A stretch of DNA of 24,040 nucleotides. Origin: Candidatus Heimdallarchaeota archaeon (GTDB taxonomy: Archaea; Asgardarchaeota; Heimdallarchaeia; Heimdallarchaeales; Kariarchaeaceae). Where the stretch lies: NCBI GenBank assembly GCA_015523565.1, contig WAKA01000155.1:1-24040 (forward strand), given 5' to 3'. Under the pieces are notes generated by a model. It searched no databases, was not told where the DNA came from, and saw only the letters and a program-made list of their open reading frames with translations. Every line of letters begins with the position of its first letter. Position 1 is the stretch's first letter. Made by a program: the position numbers and the translations under genes. Below, piece by piece: positions 8,637 to 17,113 of this stretch.

Positions 8637-9326
8637 ATGATGGATCCTACGGAAAAAAAAGTCGTTATCATTGGTCTAATTTTTGTCATTTTTGTCTTTG
8701 CGTCTCTTTTTGGCAATGCAATTCTTCAACGGTTTAATCAACCAGAAGTTAATCTATTGTCAAATCCCTATCCCGCAAAAGACTTTACATTGCGAAACTA
8801 TGAAAATGAATCAATTCAATTTAATGCGTACAAGGGAAAAGTTCGGCTGGTCACCTTTGTTTATCAACAATGTCCTGATGGTTGCAGTTTGGTTGCAACA
8901 AAAGTTATCACTGCATTTAACCATTATCAGGACATCGGGAAATCAGATCAAATAGCCACTTTTATCATTGATTTTGATTATGTTCACGATACCGCGGCAG
9001 AATTAAGATCATTTGCAAAGGGTTTAACAGGAACTGATGAAATTTTGCCTAATAGACAATTCCTTTACGGAAATGAAACTGAAATCGTCAAGGTCGCTGC
9101 GGATTGGAATTTTTATTTTGCTCCTGTCAATGAGACAACAAATAGCACAACTACGCAAAATGCATATCTCAATCCTCAACATCAGGGGACTCATAAAGCT
9201 TTATGGATCCACCAATTCATCGTATATGTCGTGGATGAAGAAGGTCTTGTTCAAAGACTTTTTACAGGAACTGATTGGGATAACCAAGAACTTTATGATA
9301 CAATAGATTATTTGCTTGTAAACTGA
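8637..9326 (+). CDS. SCO1/SenC family copper chaperone, membrane anchored
   Basis: N-terminal TM helix, PAKDFTL, the CxxxC motif CPDGC in a thioredoxin fold, and the conserved His region WIHQFIVYVVDEEG. Confidence 0.88.
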   Translation: MMDPTEKKVVIIGLIFVIFVFASLFGNAILQRFNQPEVNLLSNPYPAKDFTLRNYENESIQFNAYKGKVRLVTFVYQQCPDGCSLVATKVITAFNHYQDIGKSDQIATFIIDFDYVHDTAAELRSFAKGLTGTDEILPNRQFLYGNETEIVKVAADWNFYFAPVNETTNSTTTQNAYLNPQHQGTHKALWIHQFIVYVVDEEGLVQRLFTGTDWDNQELYDTIDYLLVN

Positions 9327-9338
9327 TCATTTGTTTTT

Positions 9339-10547
9339 TTATGTATCTTTTCTAACAATTTTTTCAATTATCCATAAAGGTGCGTTCGTTCTTATGGCTT
9401 GTTTTCGAAATGTTGTCTTGCAAGCTTTAAATCCCAGACTATGTAGATCTTCAACAATCTTTTTTGATTTCGGTGTATTCACATGGAGATATGAGCTTAT
9501 CTCTTCGATAGCATAATAATATGGAATGTCATGGGCATAAATTGCTTCATTCAATATTTTCTCAATCCTTTTTGTTGCATGCAAATTTACATTCGGTAAC
9601 AACTCAAGAAGTTGCCTGTTCCAATTCTGATCAAATAATTCTCCTTTCCAAAGTTCTCCAGCTTTTAACAATTTTCCATGTTTTGTGTGTCTTTGCGGGT
9701 ATTCAAACCCAACCCATTGGCACTGTTGGCAAAAAAAGACATTTCCCAGTCTTGAAACTGATTCATTCGCTTTTCCTCTCCCTTCCTGAACCTGTAAGAA
9801 TATCTTGACATAATGGTCTGTTGAGACAGACAATAATGGTTTAATTCCTCTTTCTTGGCGAGCGGCTGATCTTGCCACTAAGCCAATCACTATTCTTATT
9901 GCTGTTTCATGTGTTCTTTCATTGTTCAATGGATAAGCTCCATATTTTCGCAGACATGCTTTTGGGAACACCCCTGCCAGTGCGGTCATATCCGTTGCAG
10001 TTACTGACACTATTCCATTTCTTGCAAGCAACGACCAAATGAAATCAATAAATGGTGCAGGACTTCCAAATGGATCCAAATCAATCATTTGGTATTTGAA
10101 TTTATTTTCCGCCAATTCAAGCATCAGGGCTCTTGCCTCCCTTTTGAATTGAATAAGGCGATTATCTTTCAACTTGCCTCGATTGAATGCCGCTAGCTTT
10201 GTAGATATTTCCCCAAAATCGTTAATTACACTTTCCTCAATTGCTTCATTTGCTTCATTGACAAGGCGAACTCCTCTAGCGCCAATTCCCGCAAGAGGCT
10301 CAAAAAACCTGATTTTCCTTTTCCGTATATTGCTCAAAAGCTTTACAGAAAGAATAGCTAGGTCACGGTTTAATCCCATGGCTGGATTGAAAAAAGCAGG
10401 TGCTTCATAAATGTTTTCAGTATCGGAAATCCAAAATATTGTATCTCCTTCCATATATGTACGTATGGGAATATTTTCTATCCAACGTTCCATAGGGGGT
10501 ACATAGCCTGTTATTTGTTCTTTTGGTTTAATGTTTCTACACCTCAC
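9339..10547 (-). CDS. trm1: tRNA (guanine26-N2)-dimethyltransferase
   Basis: FFNPAMGLNRD, EPLAGIGARGVR, IDLDPFGSP, TATD, HETAIR, DHYVK, a CxxC and RTNAP. The start is either GTG 10547 (GTGA overlap with the rlmE stop) or ATG 10493. Confidence 0.93.
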   Translation of the reverse strand: MRCRNIKPKEQITGYVPPMERWIENIPIRTYMEGDTIFWISDTENIYEAPAFFNPAMGLNRDLAILSVKLLSNIRKRKIRFFEPLAGIGARGVRLVNEANEAIEESVINDFGEISTKLAAFNRGKLKDNRLIQFKREARALMLELAENKFKYQMIDLDPFGSPAPFIDFIWSLLARNGIVSVTATDMTALAGVFPKACLRKYGAYPLNNERTHETAIRIVIGLVARSAARQERGIKPLLSVSTDHYVKIFLQVQEGRGKANESVSRLGNVFFCQQCQWVGFEYPQRHTKHGKLLKAGELWKGELFDQNWNRQLLELLPNVNLHATKRIEKILNEAIYAHDIPYYYAIEEISSYLHVNTPKSKKIVEDLHSLGFKACKTTFRKQAIRTNAPLWIIEKIVRKDT

Positions 10548-11155
10548 CCTTCTGTCTTTTTAAAACCAGTGCAGACATAGTATTCCTCTGCCGATCGTTT
10601 TCGTGTTGCAGGTGGTCGAAATCGCTTTATTTTTTGAAATCGAGGTTTGATTTCCTCATCCAATTCTTGGATTGTTGGTCCACGAAATACTTTTGTAACA
10701 AATGTCCCTCCTTCTTTCAATATCCTGTTGCAAGCTTCCAATGCAAGAAGAACTAAATAGTTTTGCCTATCAGCATCAAGGGACCAATTTCCCGTAACGT
10801 TTCCAGCCAAATCAGAAAGTACCACATCTGCCAAAGATCCAGCAACTTTGAAAATTTGGTCTGCTAAATCTTCTCTTCTCATATCAAGACGTAAAATCTC
10901 AATGTTCTTTTTTTCAAATGGGGCAATTGCCTGCTTGTCAACTGCCACAACTTTTCCTTTCCTTCCGACAAATTCCGAAGCCACTTGTGACCAACCCCCT
11001 GGTGCGGCTCCTAAATCAACCACCACATTTCCTCGTTTGATAATGTAAAACTTTTTCTGAAGTTGCTTAAGTTTATATGAGGCACGCGAACGATATCCTT
11101 CCTCTTTTGCTTTATTGTAATAATATTCCCTTTTCCGCTCATCAATTGATGCCAT
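10544..11155 (-). CDS. rlmE: 23S rRNA Um2552 2'-O-methyltransferase (RlmE/FtsJ/RrmJ)
   Basis: GYRSRASYKL, VDLGAAPGGWSQ, VLSD, FVTKVF and SAEEY supply the K-D-K-E tetrad. Confidence 0.95.
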   Translation of the reverse strand: MASIDERKREYYYNKAKEEGYRSRASYKLKQLQKKFYIIKRGNVVVDLGAAPGGWSQVASEFVGRKGKVVAVDKQAIAPFEKKNIEILRLDMRREDLADQIFKVAGSLADVVLSDLAGNVTGNWSLDADRQNYLVLLALEACNRILKEGGTFVTKVFRGPTIQELDEEIKPRFQKIKRFRPPATRKRSAEEYYVCTGFKKTEG

Positions 11156-11253
11156 TACTATTTCCCATTCATTCTCCAGATATTAAGAGGTATGGATAGG
11201 GTGGCAAAATATTTTTTAATGAAAAAAATTGATTGCTCTTTATCGTCTAATCT

Positions 11254-11270
11254 GAGAAAAGTTTATTAAA
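11254..11270 (+). promoter_or_regulatory. Putative BRE-TATA promoter of the Rpc34/TFE-beta-like gene
   Basis: GAGAAAAG followed by TTTATTAAA. An SD-like GAGG.TGA near 11302-11309 precedes ATG 11316, so this transcript probably has a leader. Confidence 0.45.
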
Positions 11271-11315
11271 ACAAAAATCATTTCCCTTTTTAGAAATTTT
11301 TGAGGATGACATGCA

Positions 11316-11756
11316 ATGTTTGACGGGAATAAGTTTTACTTAGACAAAACTGGGCATGGGAGAATTGAAGCAAAGGTTTCAACCACTTTTGAGGAAAACC
11401 TGGAACAGAGTATAATGGACTTGCTGAACAAGTACAAGGAAACCTCTCTGAATGAGGTGACAAAACATTTTGGTGATTATCCCCAAGTGCATAACAAATT
11501 AAAAGATCTTGTCCTTGAAAACAAAATTTTCATGTATGAAAGGAAAATTGTTGTTGAGGATCATCTAGAAACACAGAAACAAGTTAAAATTGTTGACCCT
11601 AATGCATCAAGCTGGAACCCATTCAATGCACAACCATGTCTTACCTGTCAAATAATCGCGGAGTGTCAGCTTGGAAACCCTGTTTCGCCTGCAACCTGCC
11701 AAGAGTTTCAAGAGTGGCTTGAGTTTGAAATTGAACTTGAAATGGTCGATGAATAA
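11316..11756 (+). CDS. Rpc34/RPC39-like protein (archaeal TFE-beta type): winged helix plus C-terminal 4Fe-4S domain
   Basis: wHTH LEQSIMDLL...SLNEVTKHF...VHNKLKDLVLENKI, then PCLTCQIIAECQLGNPVSPATCQEFQEWL. The latter is C-x2-C-x5-C-x10-C with SP..C and terminal WL, as in RPC39 and crenarchaeal TFE-beta. Confidence 0.82.
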   Translation: MFDGNKFYLDKTGHGRIEAKVSTTFEENLEQSIMDLLNKYKETSLNEVTKHFGDYPQVHNKLKDLVLENKIFMYERKIVVEDHLETQKQVKIVDPNASSWNPFNAQPCLTCQIIAECQLGNPVSPATCQEFQEWLEFEIELEMVDE

Positions 11757-11792
11757 AGGAAAATACATATACCTCTTCTCATATTCTCATTT

Positions 11793-12302
11793 ATGGAAGC
11801 AAGCGAGGAGATTCCTCAAATCAGGTTTACAGACTTCTTTGAAAATGAACGAACGATAAAATATATTGTTTCTTTGACTCTTTTATTTGCAATGTTCATT
11901 CCTGCCGCGACACGAACAGACAATGGCGTCATGATTGAAACCATCTATTATTTTCCTTGGGCTGTTTTTCGTATTTTTAACCCTTCTCCTGCCTATTCAA
12001 CAAGACAAATGCAGGTGCTATTTCCAATTTCAACGATTTTAATAATGCTACCCACATATTATGTTATTTTTGAAACTTTCAATCTGTTAAAAGAAAATCA
12101 AACTCTTTATCTCTCCTTTTTAAAAATATCTGGGGCAGAATTGGCACAAGTACTCCTTATATTTCTGACATTACAATCTGGTGCAAGCAATGAAGTCAAA
12201 GACGAGATATTTTGGGGGCAATTGTTTATTATGTTCTTTTATTTGGTTTCCGCTGCATTGCTTTATCTTGAAAAAGCAAAGTTAGAGCTCTACAAAACAT
12301 AA
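11793..12302 (+). CDS. Hypothetical membrane protein (about 4 TM)
   Basis: Four hydrophobic segments and no recognised motif. Confidence 0.7.
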   Translation: MEASEEIPQIRFTDFFENERTIKYIVSLTLLFAMFIPAATRTDNGVMIETIYYFPWAVFRIFNPSPAYSTRQMQVLFPISTILIMLPTYYVIFETFNLLKENQTLYLSFLKISGAELAQVLLIFLTLQSGASNEVKDEIFWGQLFIMFFYLVSAALLYLEKAKLELYKT

Positions 12303-12366
12303 AAAAAATTGGCTAATCCTTCATTTCCCAATACAAATCTTAATGTAGTGTGAAAAAACAGTTTTC

Positions 12367-12807
12367 ATGACAATGAGTGATCGCCTCAGCAAAATCCTAA
12401 ATCATGAAATTGCCAATGTCAACAAACATTTACCTGTTCGTAGTATTCCTTTGAATATGGCGTTAAAAATGGATATTCCCCAAGTGAGACTAAGAAATAG
12501 AGAATTCATGTCTTTTGACAAAAAGGAGCTTGAATTCATTGCTGATTTTTTCACCCCAAATGAGCAGAGAGAAGTGGAACTTCCAATATTCTTGACAAGA
12601 AGGAGAGACCTAGGTTCTGGTGCTTTTTTTATTGGTGGAAATCCTGCAAATGTTTATGTTATCCAAAAAATATTGAATCCAGATCTTCCTAGATACATGA
12701 TTTGGAAGCTAACTGCAAAAATAGATACAATGCGAATTATTTATCGTCCTCAATACCAAGAAATTCGTAAAAAACTTAAAACAACAACAATTCCCGCATT
12801 TGCATAA
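12367..12807 (+). CDS. DUF61 (UPF0216) family protein
   Basis: EIANVNKHLP...L..AL...P.V.LRN...FDKKEL, LPI and C-terminal YRPQ..EIRKKL.TT match this archaeal family. Confidence 0.78.
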   Translation: MTMSDRLSKILNHEIANVNKHLPVRSIPLNMALKMDIPQVRLRNREFMSFDKKELEFIADFFTPNEQREVELPIFLTRRRDLGSGAFFIGGNPANVYVIQKILNPDLPRYMIWKLTAKIDTMRIIYRPQYQEIRKKLKTTTIPAFA

Positions 12808-12831
12808 GACTTACCTTGTTCTTTCGGAAAC

Positions 12832-12847
12832 CGAAAAAATTTTTATG
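12832..12847 (+). promoter_or_regulatory. BRE-TATA promoter of the LeuA-family gene
   Basis: CGAAAAAA followed by TTTTTATG, about 21 nt before ATG 12868. Confidence 0.55.
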
Positions 12848-12867
12848 TGTATCGAGTAGATTGTCGT

Positions 12868-14094
12868 ATGGACAATGATGACCCGCTTATCTATGACTGG
12901 AATACTGTTGATTTCAAGTTTAAACGTGACAAGCCCATTATGCTGGATGATGAAAGCCTAAGGGATGGTCTGCAGTCTCCTTCTACAAGAGACCCCCCTT
13001 TGGAATATAAACTTAAATTGGTTCGACTAATGGAAAAACTTGGAATTGATGGAGCTGACATTGGCTTTCCTGGATCAACCAAGAAAATGTATGATGATGT
13101 GACCGCGATATGTGAATTAATTCGTGACGAAGGGTTTAAACTGTTTCCTAATTGTGCAGCAAGAACTGTAGAGGCAGATATCAAACCAGTTATTGAAATC
13201 AGCCATAAAGTGGGAATTCCAGTGGAAGTTGCCGCATTTCTTGGCTCATCTCCCATTAGAATGAAAGTTGAGGGATGGACTCCTGACAAACTTGTAAAAC
13301 TCACTAAAGATGCTACACGTTTATGCCTTGACAATGATGTCCCAATCATGTTCGTGACAGAGGATACCACAAGGGCAGACCCACAAATGTTAAAAGATCT
13401 TTATTTAACCGCCGCGGACGAGGGTGCACAAGCTGTTTGTCTTTCTGATACTGTTGGTCATGCAACTCCTCATGGAACTTTTCAACTTGTTTCATATATC
13501 CGCAGGATTCTTGATGAGGCAGGTCACCAAAAGGTTCGAATTGATTGGCACGGTCATCGGGATCGTGGATTGAGTATTCCAAATGCATTGGCGGCAATTG
13601 AGGCGGGAGCTGATCGGATTCATGGAACAGGTCTTGGAATCGGGGAACGTTGTGGGAATACCCCTATGGACATTCTTCTTGTCAATCTAAAGTTGATGGA
13701 GTATCCTGGTTTCAAGGAGAGGGATCTTTCATCTTTGGCAGAATACACTGAGCTTGTCTCTGAAATGGTTCAACTTGATATTCCACCTAACTACCCTGTC
13801 ATGGGCAAAGACGCCTTCAGAACAGCAACAGGGGTTCATGCAGCTGCTATCATGAAGGCTCAAGAAAAGAATGCATATTGGGGAGATATTGTCTATTCCT
13901 CTGTCCCCGCCCAAGATTTCGGAAAAGAGCAAGTAATTGATGTTGGACCACTCAGTGGCCTATCAAATGTGAAATATGTTTTACGTAAAATAAACATTGA
14001 ACCTACTGAAGACAATTGTCTTAAGGTCTTACAACATGCAAAGGAAAACAATGCCGTTTTGTCAATTGATGAAGTCGCTTCACTATTTCATTAA
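12868..14094 (+). CDS. DRE-TIM acetyl-CoA condensing enzyme (2-isopropylmalate/homocitrate/citramalate synthase family), lacking the LeuA regulatory domain
   Basis: DESLRDGLQ, EDTTRA, SDTVG, HGHRDRG, GIGERCGN, GVHAAA and GPLSG.SN. ATG 12868 is preferred because GTG 12847 overlaps the TATA box. Confidence 0.85.
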   Translation: MDNDDPLIYDWNTVDFKFKRDKPIMLDDESLRDGLQSPSTRDPPLEYKLKLVRLMEKLGIDGADIGFPGSTKKMYDDVTAICELIRDEGFKLFPNCAARTVEADIKPVIEISHKVGIPVEVAAFLGSSPIRMKVEGWTPDKLVKLTKDATRLCLDNDVPIMFVTEDTTRADPQMLKDLYLTAADEGAQAVCLSDTVGHATPHGTFQLVSYIRRILDEAGHQKVRIDWHGHRDRGLSIPNALAAIEAGADRIHGTGLGIGERCGNTPMDILLVNLKLMEYPGFKERDLSSLAEYTELVSEMVQLDIPPNYPVMGKDAFRTATGVHAAAIMKAQEKNAYWGDIVYSSVPAQDFGKEQVIDVGPLSGLSNVKYVLRKINIEPTEDNCLKVLQHAKENNAVLSIDEVASLFH

Positions 14095-14145
14095 TAATTA
14101 TGCCACAACCTAATATTGAAATATTCTAATACCATACTAATCTCA

Positions 14146-14667
14146 ATGGCAAAAAAAGTTGCACCTGCATATGACATCTATTTGATAAGAACTTCGGGAA
14201 TCCCTCTTTTTGCAGGCTGTAGTCAAAATGATTATTGCATGGCTCGTATGGGTCAACATGAGTTGCAGGCAGGTTTTCTCGCTGCAATCAATGCATTTTC
14301 CAAAGAAGCATTTGAGAATGAAAAAATTCATACAATTTTTATGGATAATATCCAAATAAATTTCCTTATCAATGAAAATGATGGTTTGATATTTGCGGTC
14401 ATCCATGAAAAAGACCAAGACACTAATTTCATTAAGAAACGTCTGAAGGATGCATATGATGTTTTCATAAACAGGTACCCTGAAGCCAAAGATGAGACTG
14501 TTGTTCAAATGGATCAGTTTTCAGAGATACAAAATATCCTGAAACAACTTGGATTGGTTGAAAACCGTCTTGGTAATACGTTAGAAATGCAGTTTGAAGA
14601 AAAAGTTAGGCATTCCAGAAAACGAAGACTCTTTAACTGGGTTAAAGGGCTAATGTCTGCTTCATGA
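14146..14667 (+). CDS. Longin-like domain protein with a C-x5-C motif and a basic amphipathic C-terminal tail
   Basis: Longin pattern IYLIRTSGIPLF ... LQAGFLAAINAFSKEAF ... IQINF ... LIFAVIH ... IKKRLKDAYDVFINRY. ATG 14146 is preferred over TTG 14116. Confidence 0.68.
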   Translation: MAKKVAPAYDIYLIRTSGIPLFAGCSQNDYCMARMGQHELQAGFLAAINAFSKEAFENEKIHTIFMDNIQINFLINENDGLIFAVIHEKDQDTNFIKKRLKDAYDVFINRYPEAKDETVVQMDQFSEIQNILKQLGLVENRLGNTLEMQFEEKVRHSRKRRLFNWVKGLMSAS

Positions 14668-14763
14668 TTTGGTTATCCAGAATATTTGTTTTGTTAAAGC
14701 TTTACCTTGATATTTTTCAGCATAAAGGCAATGTTTTTTTCTTGGCGTTCCCTATTAATACAC

Positions 14764-15663
14764 ATGAAACGATATAGTCCCATTGCTGGATCATGGTACC
14801 CTGGAGACCCAATTGAACTAACGGCAGAAATGAGAAACCTTTTTGTCGATACAAAATTTGGACCTGGATATGATCCAAAATCCCAACAGAAATCTTGTGA
14901 CCAGAAACTTGTAGGGATTGGTTCTCCTCATGCTGGATATTTCTTTTCTGGCTCTGTTGCAGCAAACAGTTATGCCCATCTTTATGCCCATCACCAAAAA
15001 ATTGACACTGCAATTATCTTAGGTCCCAACCATCAGTTCCCATTTCCTGAAATATCAATATTTCCTGAAGGGACTTGGGAACTTCCCCTTGGCGAGGTAG
15101 AAATTGATACGGAAATTGTGGAAATGGCAAAGACATATGAAAATCCAAAATTTAGAGATATTGTTGAATTTGAAACTGAATCACAACGAGTGGAACATTC
15201 AATTGAAATTCAAATTCCCTTTCTCCAATATTTATATGGGAACAATTTCAAATTTATTCCAATTTGCTACGGGAACCAAGATTTTAGCAAAATTTCGATT
15301 ATAGTTGCTGATTTTTTAAAATATCTAATCGATACACTACATGATCGGACAATTGCGATAATTGCAAGTTCTGATCTTTCACATGAGCCCAACATTGCAA
15401 GACTTGAGAAAAATGACCATACCATGCTTGACCTACTTGTAACTAATAGGCTTGAAGATGCAGTCAATTTTAGAGACAGGGTGGGTATGACAATGTGCGG
15501 TTATGGTCCGTTCTTTACCCTTGCAAAATTAACACAGCTTATGGGGATCCCACACAATCAACTCCTAAAATATGCTCATAGCAGTCAAATCCGCCCTAAT
15601 CACCGTGGACCCTATACTGTTGGTTATCCCTCTGTTGCGTTTGAAGTGGCAAGCAATCAATGA
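14764..15663 (+). CDS. amrB: MEMO1 family protein (AmmeMemoRadiSam system protein B)
   Basis: AGSWYP, PHAGY..SG, GPNH, EHSIEIQIPFLQ, ASSDLSH, TMCG.GP and VGY. ATG 14764 is preferred over TTG 14707. Confidence 0.92.
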   Translation: MKRYSPIAGSWYPGDPIELTAEMRNLFVDTKFGPGYDPKSQQKSCDQKLVGIGSPHAGYFFSGSVAANSYAHLYAHHQKIDTAIILGPNHQFPFPEISIFPEGTWELPLGEVEIDTEIVEMAKTYENPKFRDIVEFETESQRVEHSIEIQIPFLQYLYGNNFKFIPICYGNQDFSKISIIVADFLKYLIDTLHDRTIAIIASSDLSHEPNIARLEKNDHTMLDLLVTNRLEDAVNFRDRVGMTMCGYGPFFTLAKLTQLMGIPHNQLLKYAHSSQIRPNHRGPYTVGYPSVAFEVASNQ

Positions 15664-16773
15664 CTAATCGCGACGCCAATTATACCGTGGAACATCAAAA
15701 AGACGTTCTGCATTTCCCTTTCCTACCAATATGTCATCTTCTATTCTTACGCCAAACTTTCCTTCGATATAAATTCCAGGTTCAATTGTATGTGCCGACC
15801 CTGCCTTTAATGGATCTTGGTTTGTTCCAACTAAATAGGGGTGTTCATGAACCTCTAATCCCAGTCCATGCCCAAGCCTATGTGTAAAATATTTGCCATA
15901 GCCCTTTGTCTCAATATGTTCCCTTGCAATTCTGTCCAATTCTGCGGGAATTGCTCCCTCTTTGTCTGCATCAAATGCTTGTCGATTTGCTTCATATACA
16001 ATATTATATATTTCTTCAAATCCCTCAGGTGGTTTCCCAAACGGCATTGTTATTGTAATGTCTCCTTGGTATCCGTTGACATTTGTTCCTACATCCATAA
16101 GGACGACCTCATTTTCTCTTAACTTTTTGTCAGTCGGATATCCGTGAGGTAAAGCTGAATTACTTCCAAACTGAACCAATGCATAAGTGATTGGATTTCC
16201 TGAACGAGACCCAAGCTCTTCATTAAGAATCGGAACAACCTCACGTTCTGTCATCCCTGCTTTTAACCGTTCAAATGATGCCAGGATACCTTCTGCCGAA
16301 GCCTTTGTCGCCATTCTCAGTTGCTCCACTTCCCATTCCGATTTAATCAATCTCAATTCATCTATTATTTCTCCAACTGACTTGATTTCTCGACTCTTCC
16401 CAGCTTTGTTCAATCGTTCAACTTCAACAATCCATAATTTAGGATCGACTCCGATATGGTTTCCAATACCCCTTTCAGCCAGTTCTTGTTCTAATTTGCG
16501 ATATGGGGACTCTGTTTCTTCCCACACAATAATATCGTCCAATCCTGTGGCACGCGCAAAGTTTGACTTTTCAAAAGCAGGTGTCAACAAAAACGGATCT
16601 GTATCTTTTCCAATTACTCCACACAAAAACCTTTCTGAAGGCTGACCCGCCTTTCCAAAAAAGTACCTGAAATTTACTCCCAATGGAATGATCAGGGCAT
16701 CAAGTCCATGCTTTTCCAACTCCTCTTTTGCTCGTTTCCATCGTTTTTCCAACTCTAATCTTGGAACACTCAT
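15664..16773 (-). CDS. Xaa-Pro peptidase, family M24B (PepQ/PepP-like)
   Basis: Creatinase-type N domain, R.IKS..E, ALPHG, MDVG, YQGDIT, HRLGHGLGLEVHE, TIEPGIY and GVRIEDD. ATG 16773 is preferred and GTG 16782 is the alternative. Confidence 0.93.
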   Translation of the reverse strand: MSVPRLELEKRWKRAKEELEKHGLDALIIPLGVNFRYFFGKAGQPSERFLCGVIGKDTDPFLLTPAFEKSNFARATGLDDIIVWEETESPYRKLEQELAERGIGNHIGVDPKLWIVEVERLNKAGKSREIKSVGEIIDELRLIKSEWEVEQLRMATKASAEGILASFERLKAGMTEREVVPILNEELGSRSGNPITYALVQFGSNSALPHGYPTDKKLRENEVVLMDVGTNVNGYQGDITITMPFGKPPEGFEEIYNIVYEANRQAFDADKEGAIPAELDRIAREHIETKGYGKYFTHRLGHGLGLEVHEHPYLVGTNQDPLKAGSAHTIEPGIYIEGKFGVRIEDDILVGKGNAERLFDVPRYNWRRD

Positions 16774-16934
16774 AAATTTCACTTTATATCTCTATTTTAA
16801 AATAAAACGGATTTCCCTATTTATTTTCAACAAAATTATTTTTCCGTCCAATACCAGAATGTCAAACTAACATTTACTGTTTGAACTAAAGAGGATTGCC
16901 CAATTACTAAATTTACAACAACATCTATGAACAA

Positions 16935-16946
16935 TTTTTTAAAAAA
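16935..16946 (+). promoter_or_regulatory. TATA box of the tRNA gene
   Basis: TTTTTTAAAAAA about 20-30 nt upstream of the mature tRNA 5' end. Confidence 0.5.
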
Positions 16947-16965
16947 TAAATCCTAAGTTAATTTG

Positions 16966-17048
16966 GCCGGGGTCGCCCAGTGGACAACGGCGGGAGGCTT
17001 AAGCCCTTCTCTCTTAGGAGTTCGTGGGTTCGAATCCCACCCCCGGCA
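16966..17048 (+). tRNA. tRNA-Leu(TAA), no intron, CCA not encoded
   Basis: Acceptor GCCGGGG/CCCCGGC with discriminator A. D arm GCCC-AGTGGACAA-CGGC. Anticodon arm GGAGG-CT TAA GC-CCTTC. Long variable arm CTC-TTAG-GAG. T arm GTGGG-TTCGAAT-CCCAC. Confidence 0.96.
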
Positions 17049-17113
17049 TTTTCCAGTTTATTGCTTTCTACTATTTAAAAAAGAATTGAGACAAATCTGC
17101 ATTTTCTTAAATT

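Noticed and set aside
12847-12867. Upstream alternative starts given by the ORF track (12847 GTG, 14116 TTG, 14707 TTG, 22274 TTG)
   Set aside because: They overlap promoter elements or add non-homologous residues. Downstream ATGs fit the family N-termini and TATA spacing better.
12891-13370. 159-aa antisense ORF, and similar shadow ORFs such as 16187-16645, 19109-19528, 14143-14508 and 19667-20011
   Set aside because: They lie within or mostly overlap well-supported genes on the other strand, have Ser-rich antisense-type composition and show no motifs.
16783-16934. Possible ncRNA or CRISPR array in the longer intergenic gaps (also 19435-19613 and 11156-11315)
   Set aside because: These gaps are AT-rich, show no stable GC-rich stems or regularly spaced repeats, and are explained by divergent promoters.
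16966-17113. tRNA-Leu as an integration site or intron-containing tRNA
   Set aside because: There is no integrase, I saw no duplicated tRNA 3' end, the flanking genes are housekeeping, and the anticodon loop is a normal 7 nt with no BHB intron.
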